This document shows positions 1-10,719 of a stretch of DNA of 64,000 nt, piece by piece (within the stretch, counting starts at the first letter, position 1; the number at the start of each line of letters is the position of its first letter). This DNA is from Macrostomum lignano (taxonomy: Eukaryota): assembly GCA_002269645.1 (NCBI GenBank), contig NIVC01002262.1:62001-126000 (forward strand), read 5' to 3'. The position numbers were made by a program, and so were the translations under genes. A model generated the notes under the pieces. It was not told the origin of the DNA. It was given only the letters and a program-made list of their open reading frames with translations, and made no database searches.

Positions 1-293
1 CTAAATTGGTGCTAAACTCTTGTCTAGGACACTAAATTGGTGCTAAACTCTTGTCTAGGACACTAAATTGGTGCTAAACTCTTGTCTAGGACACTAAATT
101 GGTGCTAAACTCTTGTCTAGGACACTAAATTGGTGCTAAACTCTTGTCTAGGACACTAAATTGGTGCCAAACTCTTGTCTAGGACACTAAATTGGTGCTA
201 AACTCTTGTCTAGGACACTAAATTGGTGCCAAACTCTTCTCTAGGACACTAAATTGGTGCTAAAATCTTGTCTAGGACACTAAATTGGTGCTA
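1..293. repeat. 31-bp tandem minisatellite (CTAAATTGGTGCTAAACTCTTGTCTAGGACA), ~9 copies, truncated by window edge
   Basis: Directly visible period-31 repeat; probably in the intron downstream of the ASK-like exon. Confidence 0.95.
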
Positions 294-829
294 AGGTTTT
301 TATTTTTGCTACAAACAATTTTCAGACAAAAAAGCGTTTTAAAAGCGAAACAGGCCTTTTATTACAGAATTAAAAATCGAGCTACATTTTTAACAGATTT
401 CACCAGCTATTATTGTCTATGCCTTGTTTATTTCATAAATAGAAATGCTTTCTTAGTGCTAAATATTATTCTATACAGTTTAAAATGCACAATTCAAATT
501 TTAAAACTTTCAATTCGACAAATTTGGCTTGAAATTTGACCAGCTGGGCAAATTAAAATAGGCTCTAATTGAAATGGCTGCGATAATTATTACCATTGAC
601 AAAGTATAGCATAAAATAAGCATAGAACTATTAAATTATGCGGTTCCATCGTTTATTTTAGCAGTGCTTTTTTATCCATGACTGCAGAATTTAGCTGTCA
701 GCAGCTGTCGAATCAAAAGTTTAAACAAAATGAACCTTACACCTCTAAGAATTCTTTTAGATCACAGGGGTAGGCGAACTTTTTATCCTCAGAGGCAGAT
801 AAATAATTTAGCTCGCGTCTGCGGGCCAG

Positions 830-975
830 ATTAGAGAGGAAGGGAGAAGAAATAGAGGAGAGAGATGAAAAAGAAAGGAGAGGAGAGGCGAGAATGGAGA
901 ATAGATGAGAGATAAATGCTAGGAGAAAAGAGGAGAAAGAGAGGAGAGGAGAGGAGAGGAGGGGAGAGCTGAGAA
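830..975. repeat. AG-rich low-complexity tract
   Basis: GAGAGGAGAG-type degenerate purine tract; explains ORF 737..1015. Confidence 0.8.
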
Positions 976-1125
976 AAGACCCTGAGCGGGCCGAGTAGCT
1001 ATTGTGGAGTTTCAAAGAACCCGAGAGCCGGACAGAGAGGCTTTGTGGGCTAGAGTTCGCCCTCCTCTGTCAAGACTCGCACACACTAAGCCTATAGTCC
1101 AAGACAATTTTTTCAGTTGTCTCAC

Positions 1126-1355
1126 CGCTTGCAGGCTCGCTCAACATCGGCGAACGCCTTCTGACGGGGAGCCGTTGACGTCAATGACGGCGACGCCGGG
1201 GCGGCGGTTCCCAGAGGCGCGGTCTGGTCGACAACACAAACAACGCGGAGTCGCGACGCGGAGCCGCAGCCGCCAGATGTTGAACCGGCAGCTGAGGCGG
1301 CGGCTGCAGCAGCGCCACCGCTCGAGGCAGCCTGCTGGCTGTGCAAGCTTGCGGC
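1126..1355 (-). CDS. 5' exon of an ASK-family MAP3K (MAP3K5/MAP3K15-like); the rest of the gene lies beyond the left window edge
   Basis: Acceptor TTGCAG| at 1356, donor CG|GTGAGA at 1125. Translation ...RLRVVCVVDQ...RQKAFADVERACK resembles the invertebrate ASK N-terminus (recalled as VVCVID...RKRALEEVRQAC). No in-frame ATG in or near the exon. Confidence 0.55.
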
Positions 1356-1492
1356 CTGCAATTTTGCAATAAGTTTAGCTTGTCAAAATCGTTTCTAGCC
1401 TACTTGCAGTAGAGTAGTGGGACATTTCTGGATAATTTTTTGTAAGGGGGCGGCGGCGCTGACGTAAATCGAGGCCAGGCCGCACGCACGCG

Positions 1493-2366
1493 GACCAAGG
1501 ACTACTCAAGCAGAAGGAAGACCTAAGAAGGAAGGCAGACCTGATGTTAATCTTTTGACCAAGGACTACTCAAGCAGAAGGCAGACCTAATGTTAATCTT
1601 TCGATCAAGGACTACTCAAGCAGAAGGAAAACCTAAGAAAGAAGGCAGACCTGATGTTAATCTTTCGATCAAGGACTACTCAAGCAGAAGGAAAACCTAA
1701 GAAAGAAGGCAGACCTGATGTTAATCTTTCGATCAAGGACTACTCAAGCAGAAGGAAGACCTAATGTTAATCTTTTGATCAAGGACTACTCAAGCAGAAG
1801 GAAGACCCAATGTTAATCTTTTGATCAAGGACTACTCAAGCAGAAGGAAGACCCAATGTTAATCTTTTGATCAAGGACTACTCAAGCAGAAGGAAGACCC
1901 AATATTAATCTTTTGACCAAGGACTACTCAAGCAGAAGGAAGGCAGACCTAATGTTAATCTTTTGATCAAGGACTACTCAAGCAGAAGGAAGACCTAATG
2001 TTAATCTTTTGACCAAGGACTACTCAAGCAGAAGGAAGACCTAATGTTAATCTTTTGACCAAGGACTACTCAAGCAGAAGGAAGACCTAAGAAGGAAGGC
2101 AGACTTAATGTTAATCTTTTGACCAAGGACTACTCAAGCAGAAGGAAGACCTAAGAAGGAAGGCAGACTTAATGTTAATCTTTTGACCAAGGACTACTCA
2201 AGCAGAAGGAAGACCTAAGAAGGAAGGCAGACTTAATGTTAATCTTTTGATCAAGGACTACTCAAGCAGAAGGAAGACCCAATGTTAATCTTTTGAACAA
2301 GGACTACTCAAGCAGAAGGAAGACCTAATTTTAATCTTTTGAACAAGGACTACTCAAGCAGAAGGA
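1493..2366. repeat. ~46-bp minisatellite (CAAGGACTACTCAAGCAGAAGGAAGACCTAATGTTAATCTTTTGAC) with longer variant units
   Basis: About 17 units visible between THOC7 and the ASK-like exon. Confidence 0.95.
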
Positions 2367-3019
2367 CAGGGAATGTTTGAGGCTGGTTTTCGCCGAAAAA
2401 TACACTACGGAGATGGAAATTTTCAGCACAAAAAATGTTATTGCTTTGGATAGGAGGCAGACCCAATGCTCATATTTTAATACGTTGTGTCGTTCTTATA
2501 GCTCTATTGATATTCAAAAAAGCTTTTCGTTTAAAACTAGATTCATAAAACCGATGAGCTGAGCTGTGCCATTTTAATGGTGTTTTTAGGCAAGACATAT
2601 GCAATTGTACAGTACATAGAATAAAAAAATTAACACAAAATCCTAATTTTCTAAACAAAAAGCTTTATGAATATCAATAATTCCCGTCTCCTCTGATGCT
2701 ACAGAGCTACAGAGTCCCCATCTGGACAATCATATATGTATGATGACACTTAACTATTGCAAATTAGCAAAACAGAGACCCTCAAGATGGCAACAGAGCA
2801 GGATATTGTTATTGTTCAAATGTTTATTGATAACATTGATAACAAGCCACGTGTTAATGAAACACGCCAAAATGCAATTAGTTTAAACTAGTAAGTCATA
2901 ATAATTGTGGTTAGAAGAGAAAACATGGGCATTTATACTACTAGGATAAGTAAGTAGTTGAGAGGGACATGATTTCTCAGTCTTGCAAGTTTCGCTGTTT
3001 GCCTCAAAACCAAAGACAG

Positions 3020-5148
3020 CTAGCTGCTAGACGCCGAAGGCTTATTCAGCATTACAACATCTTTATCTTCATCATTCGCTGCAGCCTCCTCGGGTTCGAC
3101 TGACGCGTCCGGCGGCTCGACTTCCAAATCGGTCGCGTCGCCGGATTCGCCGCCTTCGTCTTCTTCAAACGCGGCGGCTGACGAGAAATCGCGCAGAGCA
3201 GCTGCCAACAGGCGGCACTGGCGCCGGCGCGCTTCCAGCCTGGCGCCGAGGCGCCGGTCAGTCTGGCGCAAACTGGCTAGTCTGGCGCCCATTTCGGCTA
3301 GGCGAGCTTCACTTGAGGCGCGGTCGGGGTGGCCGAGAATCACGCCGGCCTGGGTGTCGTATTCCTGACGGTTGCGGCGGCACTGCATGGCCGTCTCGAG
3401 CTCCGACTGAGAGTTAAGAATTTTAGTGCGAGGTAAACGGCGTGAGTAGCTGTTCACAGATTCAAATGTGTGGAGCCTCGGCAGCTAATTACTACTCAGT
3501 GAGATTGAGGACAGGGTCTATGGATGGTGTTTAAGGACAGGGTCTATGGATGGTGTTTAAGGACAGGGTCTATGGATGGTGTTTAAGGACAGGGTCTATG
3601 GATGGTGTTTAAGGACAGGGTCTGTGGATGGTGTTTAAGGACAGGGTCTGTGGATGGTGTTTAAGGACAGGGTCTGTGGATGGTGTTTAAGGACAGGGTC
3701 TGTGGATGGTGTTTAAGGACAGGGTCTATGGATGGTGTTTAAGGACAGGGTCTATGGATGGTGTTTAAGGACAGGGTCTATGGATGGTGTTTAAGGACAG
3801 GGTCTATTGATGGTGTTTAAGGACAGGGTCTATGGATGGTGTTTAAGGACAGGGTCTATGGATGGTGTTTAAGGACAGGGTCTGTGGATGGTGTTTAAGG
3901 ACAGGGTCTGTGGATGGTGTTTAAGGACAGGGTCTGTGGATGGTGTTTAAGGACAGGGTCTATGGATGGTGTTTAAGGACAGGGTCTATGGATGGTGTGT
4001 AAGGACAGGGTCTGTGGATGGTGTTTAAGGACAGGGTCTGTGGATGGTGTTTAAGGACAGGGTCTATGGATGGTGTTTAAGGACAGGGTCTATGGATGGT
4101 GTTTAAGGACAGGGTCTATGGATGGTGTTTAAGGACAGGGTCTGTGGATGGTGTTTAAGGACAGGGTCTGTGGATGGTGTTTAAGGACAGGGTCTGTGGA
4201 TGGTGTTTAAGGACAGGGTCTGTGGATGGTGTTTAAGGACAGGGTCTATTGAGGGTGTTTAAGGACAGGGTCTATTGAGGGTGTTTAAAGACAGGGTCTA
4301 TTAAGGGTGTTTAAAGACAGGGTCTATTGAGGGTGTTTAAAGACAGGGTCTATGGATGGTGTTTAAGGACAGGGTCTGTGGATGGTGTTTAAGGACAGGG
4401 TCTATGGATGGTGTTTAAGGACAGGGTCTATGGATGGTGTTTAAGGACAGGGTCTATGGATGGTGCTTAAGGACAGGGTCTATGGATGGTGTTTAAGGAC
4501 AGGGTCTGTGGATGGTGTTTAAGGACAGGGTCTGTGGATGGTGTTTAAGGACAGGGTCTGTGGATGGTGCTTAAGGACAGGGTCTGTGGATGGTGTTTAA
4601 GGACAGGGTCTATGGATGGTGTTTAAGGACAGGGTCTATGGATGGTGTTTAAGGACAGGGTCTGTGGATGGTGTTTAAGGACAGGGTCTATTGAGGGTGT
4701 TTAAGGACAGGGTCTATTGAGGGTGTTTAAGGACAGGGTCAACTGGGGGTGTTTAAGGGCAGTCTTCCGAGAGTGGTAAAAATAAAGGAAAGACACGAAT
4801 AAAGATCTCTCCGACGAGACCCAAGCTCACCTGCAACTGCACAATCCGTGCTTCCGCAGCCTGAATCTCCTCGGCAACCTGGTCGCCCAGAGCCCGATAG
4901 TGCTGCTGCTCGGTCCTGTTCACTTCCTCTGCTCTGGCTGCGCGGCCCATCGCAGCCTCCAGTTGGGCCACGTGAACCAGCAGCTGCTGCAGGGTCTGGC
5001 CGTCTTTGGCCGGGGCGGGGGCGGCCTCCAGCCAGGCTGCCAGCTGCCGCGTAGCGTACTGCAGCTTCTTGTCCTCGCGGCCGGAGTCGCCTTCCACCAA
5101 TAGCCGGCGCTTGATCACCTCTTCCTCTGTGACAGCCAGCAGTGGCAT
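3020..5148 (-). CDS. THOC7: THO complex subunit 7; exons 5148-4831 and 3406-3020 (234 aa)
   Basis: AVTEEEVIKRRLLVEGD and RRNRQEYDTQAGVILGHPDR...LEARRRQ match THOC7 motifs. Phase-0 GT-AG intron 4830-3407 keeps the frame. Confidence 0.9.
3508..4757. repeat. 26-bp minisatellite (GGACAGGGTCTATGGATGGTGTTTAA), ~47 copies, fills the THOC7 intron
   Basis: Direct tandem repeat with A/G variants. Confidence 0.97.
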
Positions 5149-5162
5149 GGTGCATCGTTGCA

Positions 5163-5725
5163 GGCTGGGGTGACTGCATCACTGGAGGCTGGGGGTGACT
5201 GCATCACTGGAGGCTGGGGGTGACTGCATCACTGGAGGCTGGGGGTGGCTGCATCACTGGAGGCTGGGGTGACTGCATCACTGGAGGCTGGGGTGACTGC
5301 ATCACTGGAGGCTGGGGTGGCTGCATCACTGGAGACTAGATGTGACTGCATCTCTGGAGGCTGGGGTGACTGCATCACTGGAGGCTGAGTGTGACTGCAT
5401 CTCTGGAGGCTGGGGTGACTGCACCACTGGAGGCTGGGGGTGACTGCATCTCTGGAGGCTGGGGTGACTGCATCTCTGGAGGCTGGGGGTGACTGCATCT
5501 CTGGAGGCTGGGGGTGACTGCATCTCTGGAGGCTAGGTGTGACTGCATCTCTGGAGGCTGGGTGTGACTGCATCTCTGGAGGCTGGGATGACTGCATCAC
5601 TGGAGGCTGAGTGTGACTGCATCTCTGGAGGCTGGGGTGACTGCATCACTGGAGGCTGGGTCTGACTGTATCTCTGGAGGCTAGGTGTGACTGCATCTCT
5701 GGAGGCTGGGTGTGACTGCATCACT
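5163..5725. repeat. 24-25-bp minisatellite (GACTGCATCACTGGAGGCTGGGGGT) immediately 5' of the THOC7 ATG
   Basis: Direct tandem repeat; the unit resembles the flanking unique sequence TGCATCGTTGCAGGCTGGGGTGAC. Confidence 0.95.
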
Positions 5726-6064
5726 AAATGGTAACAAGAACAAGTCAGCTATCGAGTGTATGCGAAGTGTGACAACAATCAAAACAGAAAAAAAGTAAAT
5801 GCAAAATCAAGTAACTTATCAAAAGTTTTATTAATATATAGAGAATCTATTATTACTGAAAATGAAAGACAATACCGTAGAAGTGCCGCTTACAGGAATA
5901 ACAAACTTCTTCAAGGCTAAGCAAAAACACCCAAGCTGCTAAAATTACGCGCAAAACGCAAACGAAATTGTCGCCTGTTGTTCTTACAAAGAGTAATCAG
6001 CTTAGCGAAGCAAGATATAAAGTAAATAAATAAATTTACTTGTATAGTATAAATAAAAACACAC

Positions 6065-6950
6065 TGCAGCTCCCCCCTCAGGACCCTCAGCACACTGCCG
6101 CTACTCCCCCCTCAGGACCCTCAGCACACTGCCGCTACCCCCCTCTCAGGACCCTCAGCACACTGCCGCTACTCCCTCAGGACCCTCAGCACACTGCCGC
6201 TACTTCCTCAGCACACTGCCGCTACTCCCTCAGGACCCTCAGCACACTGCCGCTACTCCCTCAGGACCCTCAGCACACTGCCGCTACTCCCTCAGGACCC
6301 TCAGCACACTGCCGCTACCCCCTCAGGACCCTCAGCACACTGCCGCTACTCCCCAAGGACCCTCAGCACACTGCCGCTACTCCCTCCTCAGGACCCTCAG
6401 CACACTGCCGCTACTCACCCTCAGGACCCTCAGCACACTGCCGCTACTCCTCCTCAGGACCCTCGGCAACCCGCAAACTGCCGCTACCCCTCCTCAGGAC
6501 CCTCAGCACACTGCCGCTACTCACCCTCAGGACCCTCGGCAAACTGCCGCTACCCCTCCTCAGGACCCTCGGCAAACTGCCGCTACCCCTCCTCAGGACC
6601 CTCAGCACACTGCCGCTACTCCCCATCAGGACCCTCAGCACACAGCTGCTACTCCCCCCCTCAGGACCCTCAGCACACTGTCGCTACTCCCCATCAGGAC
6701 CCTCAGCACACTGCCGCTACCCCCCCTCCCCTCAGGACCCTCAGCACACTTCCGCTACTCCCTCAGCACACTGCCGCTACCCCCCCTCAGGACCCTCAGC
6801 ACACTGCCGCTACCCCCCCTCCCCTCAGGAACCTCAGAACACTGCCGCTACCCCCCCTCCCCTCAGGACCCTCAGCACACTGCCGCTACCCCCCCTCCCC
6901 TCAGGACCCTCAGCACACTGCCGCTACTCCCCCTCAGGACCCTCAGCACA
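6065..6950. repeat. ~30-35-bp minisatellite (CCCTCAGGACCCTCAGCACACTGCCGCTACT) just 3' of the NTAN1 stop
   Basis: Direct tandem repeat; source of ORF 6040..7158. Confidence 0.95.
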
Positions 6951-6969
6951 GACGGTCGGCAGTCCTGGA

Positions 6970-9490
6970 TCATGCAGTCTTCAAGTCGGACTCCGCAGCC
7001 CCAGCTCCGTGCTGCCACAGGCCGCCAGGCAGCGGCCGTTCAACAATGTCTCCCAGATGAAACACCTGCCGAGCCGGCCGCTTGTTAGCTCGGCCGAATC
7101 GCAGCGCCTGGCGCAGGTTGGCAACAAAGTGTGGCGGCTCTTGACGCGGCGAAGTTGACAATTTAGCCAAGGCCGAATCAGGCGCGTCCGCATAAGCGTC
7201 GAATATCTGGCTGCCGCTGTAGTCAAAGGGTCGCAGCACCAGGCAGTGACTGTCTGGATCGTACACCTGAGGCATTGTGCAATAAGTTAGCAATTGGGCT
7301 TCTCAGCACATTCACTGGCAGTTAAAAGTTAGAAGCGAATTTCAGATGAATTCTGAGGCGAATCTCAGATGAATTCTGAGGTGAATTTCAGATGAATTCT
7401 GAGGCAAATTTCAGATGAATTCTGGGGCAAATCTCAGATGAATTCTGAGGCGAATCTCAGATGAATTCTGAGGCAAATCTCAGATGAATTCTGAGGCAAA
7501 TCTCAGATGAATTCTGAGGCAAATCTCAGATGAATTCTGAGGCAAATTTCAGATGAATTCTGGGGCAAATCTCAGATGAATTCTGAGGCGAATCTCAGAT
7601 GAATTCTGAGGCAAATCTCAGATGAATTCTGAGGCAAATCTCAGATGAATTCTGAGGCAAATCTCAGATGAATTCTGAGGCGAATCTCAGATGAATTCTG
7701 AGGCAAATTTCAGATGAATTCTGAGGCAAATCTCAGATGAATTCTGAGGCAAATTTCAGATGAATTCTGAGGCAAATTTCAGATGAATTCTGAGGCAAAT
7801 TTCAGATGAATTCTGAGGCAAATCTCAGATGAATTCTGAGGCAAATCTCAGATGAATTCTGAGGCGAATCTCAGATGAATTCTGAGGCAAATTTCAGATG
7901 AATTCTGAGGCGAATCTCAGATGAATTCTGAGGCGAATCTCAGATGAATTGAGGCGAATTTCAGAAGAATTCCGAGGTGAATTTCAGAAGAATTCCGAGG
8001 TGAATTTCAGAAGAATTCCGAGGTGAATTTCAGAAGAATTTCGAGGTGAATTTCAGAAGAATTCCGAGGTGAATTTCAGAAGAATTTCGAGGTGAATTTC
8101 TAAAGAATTCTGAGGTGAATTTCAGATGAATTCTGAGGCGAATTTCAGAAGAATTCCGAGGCGAATTTCAGAAGAATCCCGAGGTGAATTTCAGAAGAAT
8201 TCTGAGGCGAATTTCAGAAGAATTCCGAGGCGAATTTCAGAAGAATTCTGAGGCGAATTTCAGAAGAATTCTGAGGCGAATTTCAGAAGAATTCCGAGGC
8301 GAATTTCAGAAGAATTCTGAGGCGAATTTCAGAAGAATTCCGAGGTGAATTTCAAAAGAATTCCGAGGTGAATTTCAGAAGAATTCCGAGGTGAATTTCA
8401 GAAGAATTCCGAGGTGAATTTCAGAAGAATTCCGAGGTGAATTTCAGAAGAATTCCGAGGTGAATTTCAGAAGAATTCCGAGGTGAATTTCAGAAGAATT
8501 CCGAGGTGAATTTCAGAAGAATTCCGAGGTGAATTTCAGAAGAATTCCGAGGTGAATTTCAGAAGAATTCCGAGGTGAATTTCAGAAGAATTCCGAGGTG
8601 AATTTCAGAAGAATTCCGAGGTGAATTTCAGAAGAATTCCGAGGTGAATTTCAGAGGAATTCTGAGACGATTTTTTAAACGAACTGAAAATGGATATCCT
8701 CACATTCAAGTAGCAACTATTCAAGGATTTCAGAATAGCTGCTCTCACGACAAACTCTAACAAACAGACGACGCCAAGCCCCAACCAGAGTTCCACTCTG
8801 CCGACAGACCTCAAACACGACTTCCTCGCGGCTCAGAAACCGCAGTCCGCGCAACGCCTGCCAGGGCCCTCGGACAGGCAGCGGCACCTTGGCGGGCGTC
8901 AGCGAGCCATCGGCAACGGACATCACCAGCCCAGTGATCACCGGATACACGAGGTTGTCCGCGCCGCGCCTGGCGCCATTACTCGGCGCCAAGCAGGCGG
9001 TGCGCAACCGGAAGCGAAGCCGGGAGCGACGAAAAGCCTGCAGCAGTTCTTGGGTGAGCGAAGCGGACTCGCCACGGGAGTCGGGGAAGCCGCCGACCAG
9101 GTGCAGGTCCAGTTCGACCGAGCCGCTGCTGCCGGAGCCGCAGAAGCGCTCATCGACAATGAAGACAAGACTGCTGGCGCCGGCGCCATCAAAGTGGCAC
9201 AGCAGGGTGTCGCCCGTGGCCGGATTTCGCACGGCAACCAAATGACAGGTGGTGGCATCGTCCGAGGCCAGCAGCTGGACGGCCGGATCTGTCCGGCGGA
9301 CGAAGGCGCACTCGCGCTGGTGCAGGTAGAGCAGGCCGGCCGGCCCAGCCTGAATCGGCGGCGTCGACACCAAGCGGAGCGCCGATTGGGCAAGCGCCGG
9401 ACAGGACAGGACGGTGGACAGGGCCGACTTAGGACTGGACAGATCCGTGCTGGACAGTGGACGGCTGTTCGAGTCCAGGTAGACAACCAT
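6970..9490 (-). CDS. NTAN1: Protein N-terminal asparagine amidohydrolase; exons 9490-8810 and 7266-6970 (325 aa)
   Basis: LLYLHQRE, SDDATTCHLV, HFDG, LHLVGGF, STSPRQEPPHFV match the NTAN1 family. Phase-0 GT-AG intron 8809-7267. Confidence 0.93.
7337..8670. repeat. 23-bp minisatellite with two homogenised domains (GCAAATCTCAGATGAATTCTGAG then GTGAATTTCAGAAGAATTCCGAG), NTAN1 intron
   Basis: About 57 units, most containing GAATTC. Confidence 0.97.
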
Positions 9491-9659
9491 TTAGCTGCTG
9501 CTGCTGCTGAAGATTTTGAAGATGTTTTTGAAAGATTAGGGATTCTGTTATTGCAATATTTGGGATTCTATTTTTATTTTTCATTTTTGCGCCACGTGTT
9601 CATGAAGTTTATCAAGCATTGTAACACAGAAAAAATTGACCGTCTTTCTCTCGGAGACG

Positions 9660-10385
9660 CCAAGAAGGCCAAGGGGCGCCAAATGAGTGCCAAGGGGCGC
9701 CAAATGAGTGCCAAAGGGGCGCCAAATGAGTGCCAGGGGCGCCAAATGAGTGCCAAGGGGGCGCCAAATGAGTGCCAAAGGGGCGCCAAATGAGTGCCAA
9801 GGGGCGCCAAATGAGTGCCAAGGGGCGCCAAATGAGTGCCAAAGGGGCGCCAAATGAGTGCCAGGGGCGCCAAATGAGTGCCAAGGGGGCGCCAAATGAG
9901 TGCCAAGGGGGCGCCAAATGAGTGCCAAGGGGCGCCAAATGAGTGCCGATGGGGCGCCAAATGAGTGCCAAGGGGGCGCCAAAATGAGTGCCAAGGGGCG
10001 CCAAATGAGTGCCGATAGGGCGCCAAATGAGTGCCAAGGGAGCGCCAAAATGAGTGCCGATGGGCGCCAAATGAGTGCCGATAGGGCGCCAAATAAGTGC
10101 CAAAGGGGCGCCAAAATGAGTGCCAAGGGGCGCCAAAATGAGTGCCGATGGGGCGCCAAATGAGTGCCGATGGGGCGCCAAAATGAGTTCCAAGGAGGCG
10201 CAAAAACGGAGTGCCAAGGGGGCGCCAAAATGAGTGCCAAAGGGGCGCCAAAACGGAGTGCCAAGGGGGGCGCCAAAATGAGTGCCAAAGGGGCGCCAAA
10301 ACGGAATGCCAGGGGTTTCAAATGAGTGCCATGGGGGCGCCAAAACGGAATGCCAGGGGTTTCAAATGAGTGCCAAGGGGCGTCA
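9660..10385. repeat. 21-23-bp minisatellite (GGGGCGCCAAATGAGTGCCAA) between GTF2H5 and NTAN1
   Basis: Direct tandem repeat; source of the LAP/WRP/FGAP ORFs. Confidence 0.95.
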
Positions 10386-10719
10386 AAAAGAGGGCCAGAG
10401 CAAGAGCTAAAAGGGTTGCTGTTCGCGCTAAAACTTGTGTAACTTTTCAGCCTCCCTCTCCTGCCATAACATGTGGCAATGCCTCTGCATCAGGTGTGTC
10501 CGGAGCCCCCTATACAGACTAGGCGCCTCTGTCCCTGCTATTATTCTTTCTAGGCATATATCTAGGTGTATAAGAAATAAGCAGAGTCCAATGGCAAAGG
10601 CATATTTGATCTCTAAATCATTTTTTACACACACCGAAATGCAAATGCAACATTAGAAGCAAATATGAGTACAGAATGAAATCACTTTACAACAGTTTTT
10701 TCATCAATAACAAAGTCAT

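Noticed and set aside
2725-2800. Possible C/D-box snoRNA (ATGATGA)
   Set aside because: No suitably placed D box with a terminal stem identified.
9574-10343. Three overlapping ~240-aa ORFs
   Set aside because: All frames of a 21-23-bp minisatellite.
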